Assembly: GCF_018350175.1 (NCBI RefSeq)
Contig: NC_058381.1
Span: 26,164,001-26,228,000, forward strand
Source of the DNA: Felis catus
Lineage: Eukaryota
DNA: 64,000 nt
Reading direction: 5' to 3'
Shown: piece after piece, positions 52,626 to 64,000 of the stretch
How the letters are laid out: each line of letters starts with the position of its first letter
Position numbering within the stretch: position 1 is the first letter of the stretch
Position numbers and translations under genes: made by a program
Notes under the pieces: model-generated
The model's database searches: none
Seen by the model: the letters and a program-made list of their open reading frames with translations, nothing else
What the model was told of the DNA's origin: nothing

Positions 52626-55349
52626 ATTTTCAGCTTTGATCCTATCCTCAAAGATTCTGACTCAGTGGGTCTGGGGTGGGTCTTGACATTGGTATTTACT
52701 AAATACTCCAAAAGCTTTTCTTTTCTTTTCTTTTCTTTTCTTTTCTTTTTTTAAAAATTTTTTAATTGTAATTTGCTTTCCACCACACTGTGGAGCCAGC
52801 TGAAGTAGTCATCCTCAACAAGGCTCCCCTCCCCTCTGGATAAGCCACGTTACTGCACTGACTGGGATTCTCAGGTTTATCCTGCAGCCCCTGCTCCCCT
52901 TGGGATTGATTAATTAGTAAGTTTGCAGGTTATTCATTAGTGAATTTGCAGTTAGTAATTGGTTAGCCAATCAGTTGACTAACTAATAGAACTAATAAAC
53001 TTACCAATTAGTTGGCCTTTCCTTTTTATGTGTCTGACACATAGTGAGCACTTACTTACATGGTAAGCATCGTATGGACTTTGGATGAATGAATCCATAA
53101 AATGGAGATAAAATGGAATTAATACAGCATCTGATGAGATAGTAGTTGTGAAACCACTTCGTAAATAGCAAGACACTATACAGACATAAGAATAAAAGTT
53201 GACAAAAGAAACTACTTTAAAATTTAGGGCCAGGAGAAAGTTTGTTCCCCACCCTTCACCAAAAACATACTGTTTCCACATTTCTGAAATGGAGAACTAC
53301 CTTTTGCCCTGCTGCTGATAAGCCAGATTTTGTTCTCAATTATAGCAACTTTGTCAACGCTTAGTGATAGCATGTATTCTTTCTCCTTGATCCTAGTTCA
53401 CCTTTATCCTTGTATTTTTATTAGCTTATTTTGGTTATAAACCACCTCAAGCCTTTTTGGAAAAGAAGTGGGATAAAAGAAATTTTAGAAATACTTGGGA
53501 ACTAACATATTAGCTAGCTATCCTACCACATGTCAGGAATTTATATGCATTAACTTAGCCAAAGTTCACAATAAGCTAGTGGGTCCATGTGATTATCTCC
53601 ATTTTATTTAAGTGTTAAGAGACATGCCCAAGGTCACACAGTTGCTAAATGATGAGCCAGGTTTCAAAACCACGGTGAGCCTGACACCAAACCTGAGGGT
53701 TTCCCCTCAGCCAACCCAAGCCAGTGTGATAGATGCTTGGTTATGGTCAACTATTTGCTTAGCTAGTTGAGGAGAATTTTTATACTTTGAATTCCTCAAA
53801 TCCATTTTGGAAGAATAAAAACAAAAACACTGGTCTTTTTCTTTCCTCCCATAGGCCATTTATCAGCCCATTTCCTATTATTTTATGTACTACTAAGAAG
53901 GAAAAAAAATACCAATTAAACTACAACACTACAAGGAATTAAATAACTTTGATTCTAAGATGTCAAAATTTCAAAGATGTCAAAACGTTAAAAAGAAATG
54001 TATGTGTTAATCAGTGAAAGAAAGAATTCCATTCTACTAATGGGGAATGTGTATACAAAACCTCCCTTTCTCTCTTACTTGCTGGCTGGTTTGCCCCTTC
54101 CTTTTCATTGCCAAAACCTTGCCTGTCCCTTGCATATCTCATTTTTCCATGTCATCATGAACTAGTTGGTACTGATTTGGAGTATCTCCAGAAAGACTTG
54201 CACTTACAGAAAGTCTCCATTCTAGTTTCTTTAAAGAGCAACACTAGATGGTCTCATTATGAACTTCCTCCAATGATTGTCAACAAATTCTTTCCAGAGT
54301 CTGGTCTAAATGTAGTCTTCCCATGGTATCTGGTGATTCACTGCCCTCCCTGTTCACCATTCCATACAGTAGTTGGTTGGTTAGTCTGTACACTATTTAT
54401 TTGCAAGGGATTTCCCTACAGGTTGTTGGAGAGGGCATGGGAGGGGGCTTGGGAGCAGAAGCTGAGACATGTCATCCAGTCCTCCCTAACACAGGAAACA
54501 TGACTCCCCAGGCATCTCTGAAACACCAGGGACTTTCCTTTCTCCACTCCAGAAGAAGGCAGGATTGGAGGAAGATTAAGCTTCTCCATCCCTTAGACCT
54601 TACTTCCCCTTCCTGGTTCAGGATTCCATCAGACAAATTGTGCAGGGAAGATGGGGTAGTGGAATCTGGTATTGCTAAGGGTGATAGGGATTCTTGAGCA
54701 GTGAGCCCATTGTGGAGATGGGTTCCCAGGCTCCTGACAGCAGCAGCTGGCTTTTCTGAGTTGGTATTTTGCCTCCTCCTTTGAGTGCAGGGTAGTGGGA
54801 GAGGCATTGATGTTGGCTTTCCATTTCCTAGCATTAGAAAAGGGACAGATCCATCCAAGGAAGGAATTTCCCTGTCCTATTTCCTTCCATCTGATTTTGA
54901 GGTAAAAATCTGGATAGGAACAGAAGCTGATTGGAACTATTGGGGGCACCAGTGGAGGAAACGATGCAGCCCATACTGAGGAGCAAGGAGCTAATTTGGG
55001 AATTCTATTGACAGGGGACTCCGGGCCCTTTGGGATAGGTGGGCAGACCTAGCCTTGCCTCAGTATTCTGGGCATGTAACAGGCTGTGAGGCTTGGGCAT
55101 GGACTGGGGTCCACATGGCTCTGTCTGCCTGTGGAGTTCAAGGGTCCTGTGGAGAGGTACAGACAGACATGAAGAAATAGAGGTAAGTGGAGACAGAGGG
55201 AGTGGAGAGTCAGAGGTTGGTCAGGGAGGTCTAGGCAGTGAGGGGGCCTCACTTTCTGACTTTCTGAGGCACAGAGGCCGGGTAGCTCCCAGTGCAGTGG
55301 TCTCAGCTTCCTAGACTGGGGCAGGGATTGGGCTTCCTCGTCAGCTTTC

Positions 55350-56720
55350 TGGGATCTTGAGGCTGCTGGCGGAGTCTTGGCCCTCACCGCTGCAGTTTCG
55401 CCCAGAGACTCTGCCAAGCCCTGGCACCTTGAAGCCTGGGCCTCGGCTCGGATTCAGAAGCCGGCCCGGCACTTCCCCGCTACCGCCGCTCAGGCCTGGC
55501 GGCCCGGCCTCCTCCCCGCCTGAGCGAAGGGCCTGCCCTCACCCGTGACCTCCGCGGGCCGACTCCGAGGCGCGCCAGGCCGGGTCCGGCGGCCGCTGTC
55601 CGCCAGGCCGGGACAAGCAGGGGCCGGTGAGCAGAGGGGCCGCGCCCTGGCCGTCGCGCCCGCGCCCAGAGCCCGGGAGCAGGAGCGCGCGGGCCGGAGC
55701 GCGTAGGTGTGAGAATGTGTGAGGGGCATGGTCTGTGGACGAGTGCGGGGCTGTGGGGCGCTGTGCGCCTGCCTCCCGGGACGTGGGCTTACCGAGCCGC
55801 TGCGTGCACCGTTGGGAGCGGGTCTCGGACCGCGGGGTGTGCGGGCGCGGAGCCCGCGGCCTGGGGCTCGGCGGAGGGCGGCTGTCTGCAAGTGGGCCCC
55901 CGGCCCGACCAGGCCGGGCCGGGCCGCGCCCCAGTGTGCGGGCCGCGCTGCGGCTCCGGGCGTTCGGTCCTGGTTGTCGAGTCTCCGTGCGAGCCGTGCG
56001 GCACCGCCAGGCCGCTCTGCCTCTTCCCGCCCCTCTAATCTAAACCATGCGGGGATCCCTGTCCCAGCCAGGCCTGCCGGGCCGAGGGCCGCAGGGAGGG
56101 CACCGAGCCACGCGGTGGGGGAGCGCGCGGCCAGCTCGGGGCTCGGGGTCCTGGGGCCGCGGAGCCAAGGGACCCTAGAGCCCCCCTCCCCGGGGGGCGG
56201 CGGGCGCAGACTGATTGACAGCGGCGACGTCAGCGCAGGGGGGTGGCGGCCCCGGAGGGAGGGAGGAAGGAGGAGGGAGCTGAGGCCCCAAAGTGCAGCC
56301 TCGGAGATCAAGGGCCCGCTCCAGAGTCAGGATGTGTCGGGCCCCGAGGGCGCGGCGGGCAACGGGACACTGACCCAGCGGCCCCGAGTCGGTGCCCAGG
56401 CCGTCCTGTGCCACTCGGACCCGAGCCTGCAGTGAACCTCGGGCCGCAGGCGCCTCCGCATGCTGCAGCGCAGTTAGGGTGAGTGTGGGTTCCGGCGGGG
56501 ATGGGGGTGAGCAGGGCGTGCGGGATAGGGGCCACCCCGAGCCCAGCGTTAGGCTGCAGGGTTGAGGAGAGTGAACTGGGAAAGAGGCGAGTAATGGGAC
56601 GGGGGTAAGAACCTCAGGGAAAGGCAAGGCTGCAGGATGGTGCCGCGATGTGCTTCAGATCAGGCTGCCGCCTCGGCCCTACTTCCAGCGGTTTGGGGCG
56701 CGAGCCCTCATCTCCACCGA
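55350..56720. promoter_or_regulatory. TBX4 promoter CpG island
   Basis: Very high CpG density about 4-5 kb upstream of the TBX4 ATG. Confidence 0.8.
56320..56478 (+). other. TBX4: Probable TBX4 non-coding first exon (5' end approximate)
   Basis: Strong donor AGG|gtgagt at 56479 inside the CpG island. The ATG-bearing exon has a splice acceptor only 3 nt before ATG, so an upstream exon is required. Confidence 0.55.
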
Positions 56721-57439
56721 GTAACAGGATGAATTGGGTCTAGGGACCCAAGGGCAAAGAAACAACAGCGCCAGAGCCAAAAGAACATGGTTAAGCTGCG
56801 ACTAGAGGAACGCTGGTCTTGAAACTGGTGTTTGCAGAATATAAGAAAGGCCAAGGAAGAGGGCCCGGGTGCTTGGGGCGATATCGATGAAGAAATGTGT
56901 GATCGGAACCCTGGACTTCAGAGCCTTTGATGCAACGGGCTCGTCAAAATTAAAGCAAGGAGCATTGTATATAAATAATTATCAATGATCAGGAAGTATC
57001 AGAATGTGAGCAATTACCAAAGAAACAGGGCTAAGTGGAAAACTAATACAGCACTCACACTTCAAAACAACAGTAAAATAATAGTCACTTTCAGAACCAA
57101 GCGAAAATTGTAATCACAAACTTAAAAGGATCATAGACAAAGTAACTCCAAATATAGGAACAATGTGATAAGAACCATTGTATTAAAATCAATAGTAAAA
57201 ATAAAATAAAATAAAATCAATAGTGATATTATAGGAAATAGTAACAAATGATAAAACTGTAGGAAAAGGGTAAACAATTAAAAACACTATTAAGGGAAAT
57301 ACTAATATTAGTAGTATTGATGGAGTATTATATATAATTTATTATTGATACTATTATGAATTATTATAATAAATATTAACCAAAATCTTTAGAGCAATGC
57401 TAATATAAACAAAGACAGCAACAAGAATTGCTGAAATAA

Positions 57440-57830
57440 TATGACAATTTATGACCAACATATTAATAGTCCCAGCAACATTATAAATAATGGTAGAGTA
57501 ATAAGAAGTATGGTACCAATGTGATGAAAAATAATCAGAGTATTAAGAACTACAGCAATATCACAAATTATGACAAAGTAACAAGGAGTAATGATGTGAT
57601 GAAAAATAACCAGCGAATTAAGATTGTAATGTTACAAATAATGACAAAGTAACAAGATATTGTAACGATGTGATGAAGAATACCTGGAGTATTGTGAACA
57701 ACTCTAACAAAACAAATAATGATAAAATAACAACACGTATTATAAGGATGTGAAGAAAACTAACGTCTATATTGAGAACAATGATATTACAAGTTATGGT
57801 AAATAATAAGTTATTGAAACTGTGACAAAG
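57440..57830 (+). repeat. Degenerate ~75 bp AT-rich tandem repeat
   Basis: atgtga(t/a)gaa anchor at 57519, 57594, 57668 and 57748, each followed by a ..caaataatgacaaagtaacaag..-like motif. Confidence 0.75.
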
Positions 57831-58229
57831 TACAGAGACTGAGGAGCCAGCAACAGAAGCATTTTAGGGGTACGGAATAAAAATTAAAATAACAATAGAT
57901 TAACATGACCTGCTGGAATACTATATTTAGTAATTACCTAGATATTAGTAACTGTGTCACTAATGTACCAGGAAGCCCTAGAATGATGGAGCAGGGACCA
58001 GAGAGCAACAACATATTTAATAATGATGAATTAACATTAAATATACACTGTTAAAAATAAAAGGTTCTAATAATTTATGTGATATTTTTAATGCTATCGA
58101 GCTGACCCGAATACTGCTCTCATAATAGAGATAACTAAAATATTTAAAATAATACAAAATGTTAATTTCCCCAGTGCAAGAAAAATATCACCAGTAACTT
58201 AGAGTAAAGAGAAAAATGCTGTTCTCCTT

Positions 58230-58960
58230 AGAAAGCGAGTTGGTTGAAAGCGACGGACGGAGCGAAAGCGCGCCGAGCCGGCCGGCGCGTCCGCGAAGGG
58301 GTCCGCGAGAGGGGCGAGCGCGATGGACTGCGGCCCTCGGGCTCGGGCTGATGTGGAACGCGGCTGTACAGTGCGCCGGGGCTCGGGGTCCGAGGGGAAC
58401 CAAGGGGACGGCCAGTCTGGGCCAGTCCAGAGGGAAGGAAAGGAAATTAGGGGGGAGCCCCATCGAGGGCGAGGGCCAGCTGTCGCGATGTCGAGATGTG
58501 TCTCCGCGGCTGAGAGAAAAGGAAGAGGTGAAGCCCGCGGAGTGGAAGGAGAGCACCACGCTGCCCTCGTCCCAGGTGGGAGCGGTGGGACCCGCGTCCG
58601 TGGATGCCGGCCGCGGACGTGCTTGGTGCCCGGGACTGAGAGTGCCGGGCATGAGCCAGAAGGCGGCCCTGCACGGCTCCGGGTGCGACAAGTGCTCCGT
58701 AGAGGACCCGGTGGCCAAAACAGCATCGCGCCAGGCGGCGCGTCTTCCTGCCCCCGTGGTCTGCCGCGCTTGTGACCAGCCGATGGCCCGCGCCCATCCC
58801 TCTGACCCCAGATACAGTCCGGACCAGCGTCTTGGGCCAGGGCGTGCAACTACCCTGGTCGCGCAATGTCCCCTTGCCTGGGGGCTCTGGGTTTCCTAGG
58901 CTCCGCTGGAACCAGCACGTGGCCCAAGGCCGGTACTGGGGCTGGCCATGCCGGGCAAGA
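58230..58960. promoter_or_regulatory. CpG island in TBX4 intron 1
   Basis: Abrupt switch from AT-rich to CpG-rich sequence at ~58230. Confidence 0.7.
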
Positions 58961-60321
58961 CTTGTTTCCTGCTGCCTGTGGACCAAGGACTGGGAGGGCT
59001 GTCAGCTTTATCTTTATGGGCTTTTCCCAGCCCTACTGGCCCAGGCCCCTTTTTTATCTCCCTCTGTTGCACTTGGCTTGTTTACTTTGTGAGGCCCTGG
59101 GAGCTGATGTCTAGGACCTGGGATGGGGAAACCAGTAGGCAGGATGGCCAGAGGCCTGGGCCTTGGGATGCTCAGGGAGATCCAGGAGAGAACAGAAAGA
59201 AGACAGGAGGAAGGGGGAACACTCTTCCACAAGAGAGGCAGCCAGGCACATGGAAAGCCGCACCAGACCCAAAAGAAGGGAGAAGAGCAGGGAGGTGGAA
59301 AGAAGCAGATATAATGCAGGGTTACATCCATGATGGAGGCAGGAAAAGCAGGTTCTGCAGCCTTGGACAGCCTGGTGGATAGTTCTAGACTCTTGGGGAA
59401 GGATAGCTGTGCTGGGGAGGGGGGCGGGGTGGGGTGGGCAGGACTAGGTTGTGTCTGTGAACTGGACCCACCCAACTGGCCTGGTCCTTAGCTGGGAAGG
59501 GTCTGGATCCTTTGCCCCAAAGCAGAACCCTTTGGACTGAGGGAGCCAGCGAATGTGAATATATGGGCAAGGCTGGGGGGCCCCTGGCTGAATTCAGGGC
59601 CTAAATCAGAGCTGCCCTGGGACAGTGTGGCTGCTTGAGTGACTAGAAGACTCTGTGTGGGTGCTTGTGTCTGGGTGTGAAGTGTGTACCTGTGTGAATG
59701 ACACACAGGGTGTCTGTGGGAGTGGGAATGTGCAGGAGTGAAAGCCTTTGGCTCAGGGAGGCTCTACCTGACTGCTGTCTAAGGGAGTGGGTGAGGGCAG
59801 ATGGGTGAGCAGGAGCCTGAGGAACTGCCCAACCCTAGGCCCTTTCTGCAGGTGTGGAGCCCCAGGAGCCTAGGCCCTGCCTGCCTCCTGGTTTCCTGTC
59901 CTGGCTGCCCTGGGCCAAGAGTGAGCCTGGACCCCAATTATTAGGAAACTTCGAAGAGAGACCCAGGCCTCAGGCTCCCCTGGCGCCCAGCAGGAGGGAG
60001 GGACTGGGGGTGCAGCTGGGGCAATGCCGAGAGGGCGGTCCTTCCCCCAGACCTGCTCATCACACAGCCCCACACCCAGAGGCAGGCAGACCTTGAACCG
60101 CACACAGACCCTCCCAAGTCCAGACCCCAGACGGTGGAGGCAACGGTCCTGCCCTCCGCATTTTCTCCCTCCCCCAGCTCAGAAGGGGGCGGTGTCCACG
60201 TGCGCCAGGGCGACCTTCCCGCCCGGCCCCGAAGTCCCCTGGCTGGGCTGGAGCGAGCTGCTGGGCCTCTGGCGAGTGTGGACCTGGGCATGTGACTCGG
60301 TGTGTGCTGTGCCCGCAGGAG

Positions 60322-60519
60322 ATGCTGCAGGATAAGGGCCTGTCGGAGAGCGAGGAGGCCTTCCGGGCCCCGGGCTCGGCGCTCGGCGAGGCCAGCGCTT
60401 CCAACGCCGCCAACAACCCCGAGCCCGCGCTGGCCGCGCCGGGCCTCAGCGGAGCCGCGCTCGGCAGCCCCCCGGGCCCAGGCGCCGACGCCGCCGCCGC
60501 CGCTGCCGCCGCCGAGCAG
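60322..60519 (+). CDS. TBX4: TBX4 first coding exon (exon starts 60319)
   Basis: ccgcag|gagATG; reads [66 protein letters not shown]; donor CAG|gtaggg at 60520. Confidence 0.96.
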
Positions 60520-61337
60520 GTAGGGCCGCGCTGGCCGTCGGGCAGAGGTCGGGCGTCGGTCTGTCTGCAGGGCAGCCTGCGTCTGCCAGTCCGCCCCACT
60601 GAGGACAAGACTCGCTTCCCGGGGGACCTGGCTGCGTCCTGGACTGCGCGTTCTGCTCCGCTGGGCAGGGCTCCCGCTCTTTGCCTTTCGTCCCTCTTCT
60701 GCTTCGCTCCCTTGGGGCTACTAGGGGACAGGCTGGGGAGGGGACCCTTGTGGCAGCGGGGCGAGCCCGGGCCAAGTGTCCGGCTCCGACGACGCTGAGA
60801 GGGCGTGGGCGAAAGAAAGCCTGGCATCGGGAGGGAAGAACAGATCCCGGTCGTGTGCGAGCGGGAGCCGCCGCGGGGACGTCGCTGAGAGGGTCACACT
60901 GACAATCTGATGATCAAAATGAAAGGAATCCGTCTGTGCGCACCCTCGGCCTGCGTGGGTCTGCGTAGAGTCTGAGGGTGCGCGAGTCTGGCCGCAGGGG
61001 CGTTTGTCCCTCCTGTGTCTGTGTGTCCGCAAGCCTGTGGCTGTGTCCCGCCACGTGGAGTGTTTATGTTTGTGTAGTGTGTCATCTACCCTGGCACGGT
61101 CAGCATGTGTCCTTTGCGGACCATCTATAGGTGCAGCTCCGAAGGAGAGGGTTTCAGCTACTGATTAAATTTTGAAAAATTCACCAGTGGTACAGGATAA
61201 TTTTATGAAACGAAATCTTGAGGCACGGGCTTCGGGGGCTGGCAGGACTCTGCACAGTTCCTTGGGCCTGTGTTCTCCATTCTGTGGGCTTCGCATGGAG
61301 CCGTGGCTCAGGCCGACCCCTTCCGTCTCATCCCTAG

Positions 61338-61466
<129 letters not shown>

Positions 61467-63355
61467 TGACTGGTGGGAGCGATGGGAATCCCCCAGGAGC
61501 TCCCTTGACAGTCCTCTCGGGCTCCTGCCAAAGGAGCGCCAGGAGTTCCTTTCGCCACTCCGGTCTTAGCCGGCTTTTGACTGGGCCGCAGAACTTCACC
61601 GGAGGATCCATCTCCTCCAGGGAGCCTCCAGACTTGGAAGGATGGGAGGGGTAGCGCTATGCAAATAAAATGCAATAAGGATCGCGACTCCGGAGGTCCC
61701 AGTCCCTGCACTATTGGCCCCCAGGGGGGCTGCTTTGTCCTCTTCCTTTTGGGGACCTGCCTGGTTTCTCAGGATTGCATTGATTGGGGACCCGGAGATG
61801 ACCCTCAACAGATGGAGGAAGGGGACTGGACCATGTTTTCCTACTTCCATAACTTTTCCTGGCAGTGGCAACCAGGAAACCTCTCATCCCTCGGGGTGCT
61901 GCTCGTCTATTGCCAGCCCCCCCACCTCAGCCAAGGGGAAGGCACCGTTGGGCCCTGCGTGTGTGTTGTTTGGGGAGCAACTCTCGGGTGGTTGTCAGAG
62001 ATGATGATTTATAAAGTGGAAACATCTTTAAAATGTGCTGGTGTCTGTGGGAGAGAGTCTCAAGGAGAAGGGGAAAGGAGGGAGATGCAGACCGGGCAAG
62101 ATGAGAGATTCGTTGGGGCCAGCGGGGCCAGGAGTCTCAGGTGGGGCGCGAATGGCAAGGCCAGTGGTTATCAGTGTAGGGGGATTGCTACAGACAGAGA
62201 AGCTGGAAAGTTCAGGTGTAGGAACTGCCCTCTCCCCACTTACTCACATCTGATTCTAGTCCCTGGGGGACAGGGTAGGTGTAAAAATGTCTGTGGGCCC
62301 ATAATTGGGTTTTCGAAGAAATAAGATGGCGAAGCCTCAAGAGCCAAGGATGGGTAGTCAGACCACAGTGGCTTCCAGTTCCACTCAGCTGCTTCCATCT
62401 GTGCAACCCTCAGGCAAGGTGCTTCAGGGTATCTGCCCTCTCCGCATCCCCCTCTGCAAAATAATACATACAGTTGTATGTAAAGCACTTAGCCTAGCTC
62501 CTGGCACATATGAGCATGCCATACATATGAGCCAAAATTAATTGTAATTAGAGAAATGTCTGACACCCACTCAGCAGTTTTCTTCTTCTTAGAGAACTCT
62601 GCTGAACTGCTTAGAGAACGGTGAGCTGTTGAAAAGAAGCAAAAAGCTGGTAGTTTTTGCAGTGTGTAGTGAAGGGGTGCTGTGGTCCTTCTTGTCTGCT
62701 CACTGGCAGACCTTGCGAGGTTTCCTTTGTTTTGCTGGGGGTAAGTTCTGGGCACTTGGTCAGGCTCCCTGGTAGGTGGTAAGGCCACCTGGAGCCTCTA
62801 TCAGGGGAAGGAGCATGGGGATGTCAGGGCCTGAATTTGCTGCATTTGGGGGCTGGGGAAGGAGGATGCATTAGGGAAACCTGGTAGAGGGTGCCACTTG
62901 GAATAGTCCTGAAGACAGTGGCCCTCAAGCCTTGCCTCTTCCTAGCTGAGTGCCCTTGGGCAGGTTTCTACAATTCCCGTGGCTCAATGGTGCTGGGGTA
63001 AACAGAGCTGGTGACTGTAGACTTACCTGCCATTCTTCTTTTCTTAGTTACTGTGAGACTCAAATGGGGGTCACGTGAGCTGCGTATGGTAAATTGCTGA
63101 CTGGATTATAGGTATGAAGAGAGGGAATTTATTTATTGGAACTGCTGGGGTGGAGGGATGGAAAGAAGAAAGAGAAAGATCCAGAATTTCCCTTTTTAGG
63201 CAGCAGAAATATTCTTGTCTTTCAAAAATAAATAGTCTGCATGTTCTTCGGGTTTGCCTGGCCTCTGCCGTTTTAAACAAAAGACATTTGTGATTCTCCT
63301 CAGTGGGGTTTCCTGCATCAGTATGGGTCCTCCTCCCTCCCTCCCTCCCTCCCCC

Positions 63356-63356
<1 letters not shown>

Positions 63357-63395
<39 letters not shown>
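63357..63395 (+). repeat. (CA)n microsatellite
   Basis: Direct observation. Confidence 0.96.
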
Positions 63396-63398
<3 letters not shown>

Positions 63399-64000
63399 CC
63401 AGAGGTGACCAGCTTCAGGCGGATGTCTGTGCCTGATCCTAGTGGAGACTTAGAGATGCGCCTCAGGGAATGATGACAATAATTTTTAAATGGCTGTGAT
63501 GAGGTTGACCACTTATGGTTTCATCACGGTCTTGGCCTTTCATTTCTCTGGCAGAAAGTTATTCTTGCACCAGGCCTAGTCCTTAAGAAAGTCACTAGCC
63601 TCGTCGCCCCTCCCCATGGTTCTCACAGACCCTCTTTCCTCCTGCGTTGCTGCTCACTAACTTTGGAGACCACATTCTCAGTTCTGATCCCAGTGGCCCC
63701 CTCCCCCTTCACCGCCTCCCTTCCACAGGAGGCAGCTTGCTTTGCTTGGGTTTGCTTTGTGGTTCTTCAACATCCTGTGGAGTCCCAGTTCTCTTCTTTG
63801 TGTCTCTACCGGCACCCTTCCTGGAACACCTGCATTTCTCAGCAGACGGCCTGAACCCTTGTCCTGAACCTGGAATCGCAGATTCCTAGACTGCTGGCAA
63901 ACTGAGGGAACATAAGCCTGACCCCAGAGAAGGGAAGGCACTTGGCTCTTATAGATAGAAGCAAAATTAAGCAGCTGCCAGGTCCACACAAGCCAAGCAG

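Noticed and set aside
57440-57830. CRISPR-like repeat-spacer array
   Set aside because: Mammalian intron; similarity extends across whole units instead of repeat plus unique spacer; no cas genes.
55490-58986. ORFs of 176-273 aa near the TBX4 promoter
   Set aside because: CpG-island artefacts open on both strands, with no recognisable homology.

Overview
Mammalian genomic DNA, not prokaryotic. Abundant CAN-SINEs, including a young felid-type copy, point to a cat-family carnivore. The window covers the conserved BCAS3-TBX2-TBX4 locus, all on the + strand. It holds the last coding exon and 3'UTR of BCAS3 (1415-~2215) and the complete 7-exon TBX2 gene (CDS ~9585-17701, most of exon 1 hidden by N gaps). 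A ~37 kb repeat-rich intergenic region follows, containing a processed HMGB1 pseudogene. The window ends in the 5' part of TBX4: a probable non-coding exon ending at 56478 and coding exons 60322-60519 and 61338-61432. All splice junctions were checked for GT-AG and phase. Most long ORFs in the supplied track are artefacts of CpG islands or N gaps. I found no convincing wholly new biological system. The best leads are a short uORF abutting the TBX4 start codon, a cryptic ~75 bp tandem repeat in an AT-rich block of TBX4 intron 1, a ~105 bp imperfect palindrome upstream of TBX4, two co-oriented CTCF-like motifs between TBX2 and TBX4, and several enhancer-like motif clusters. Repeat subfamily names and comparisons with human proteins come from memory, not from searches.
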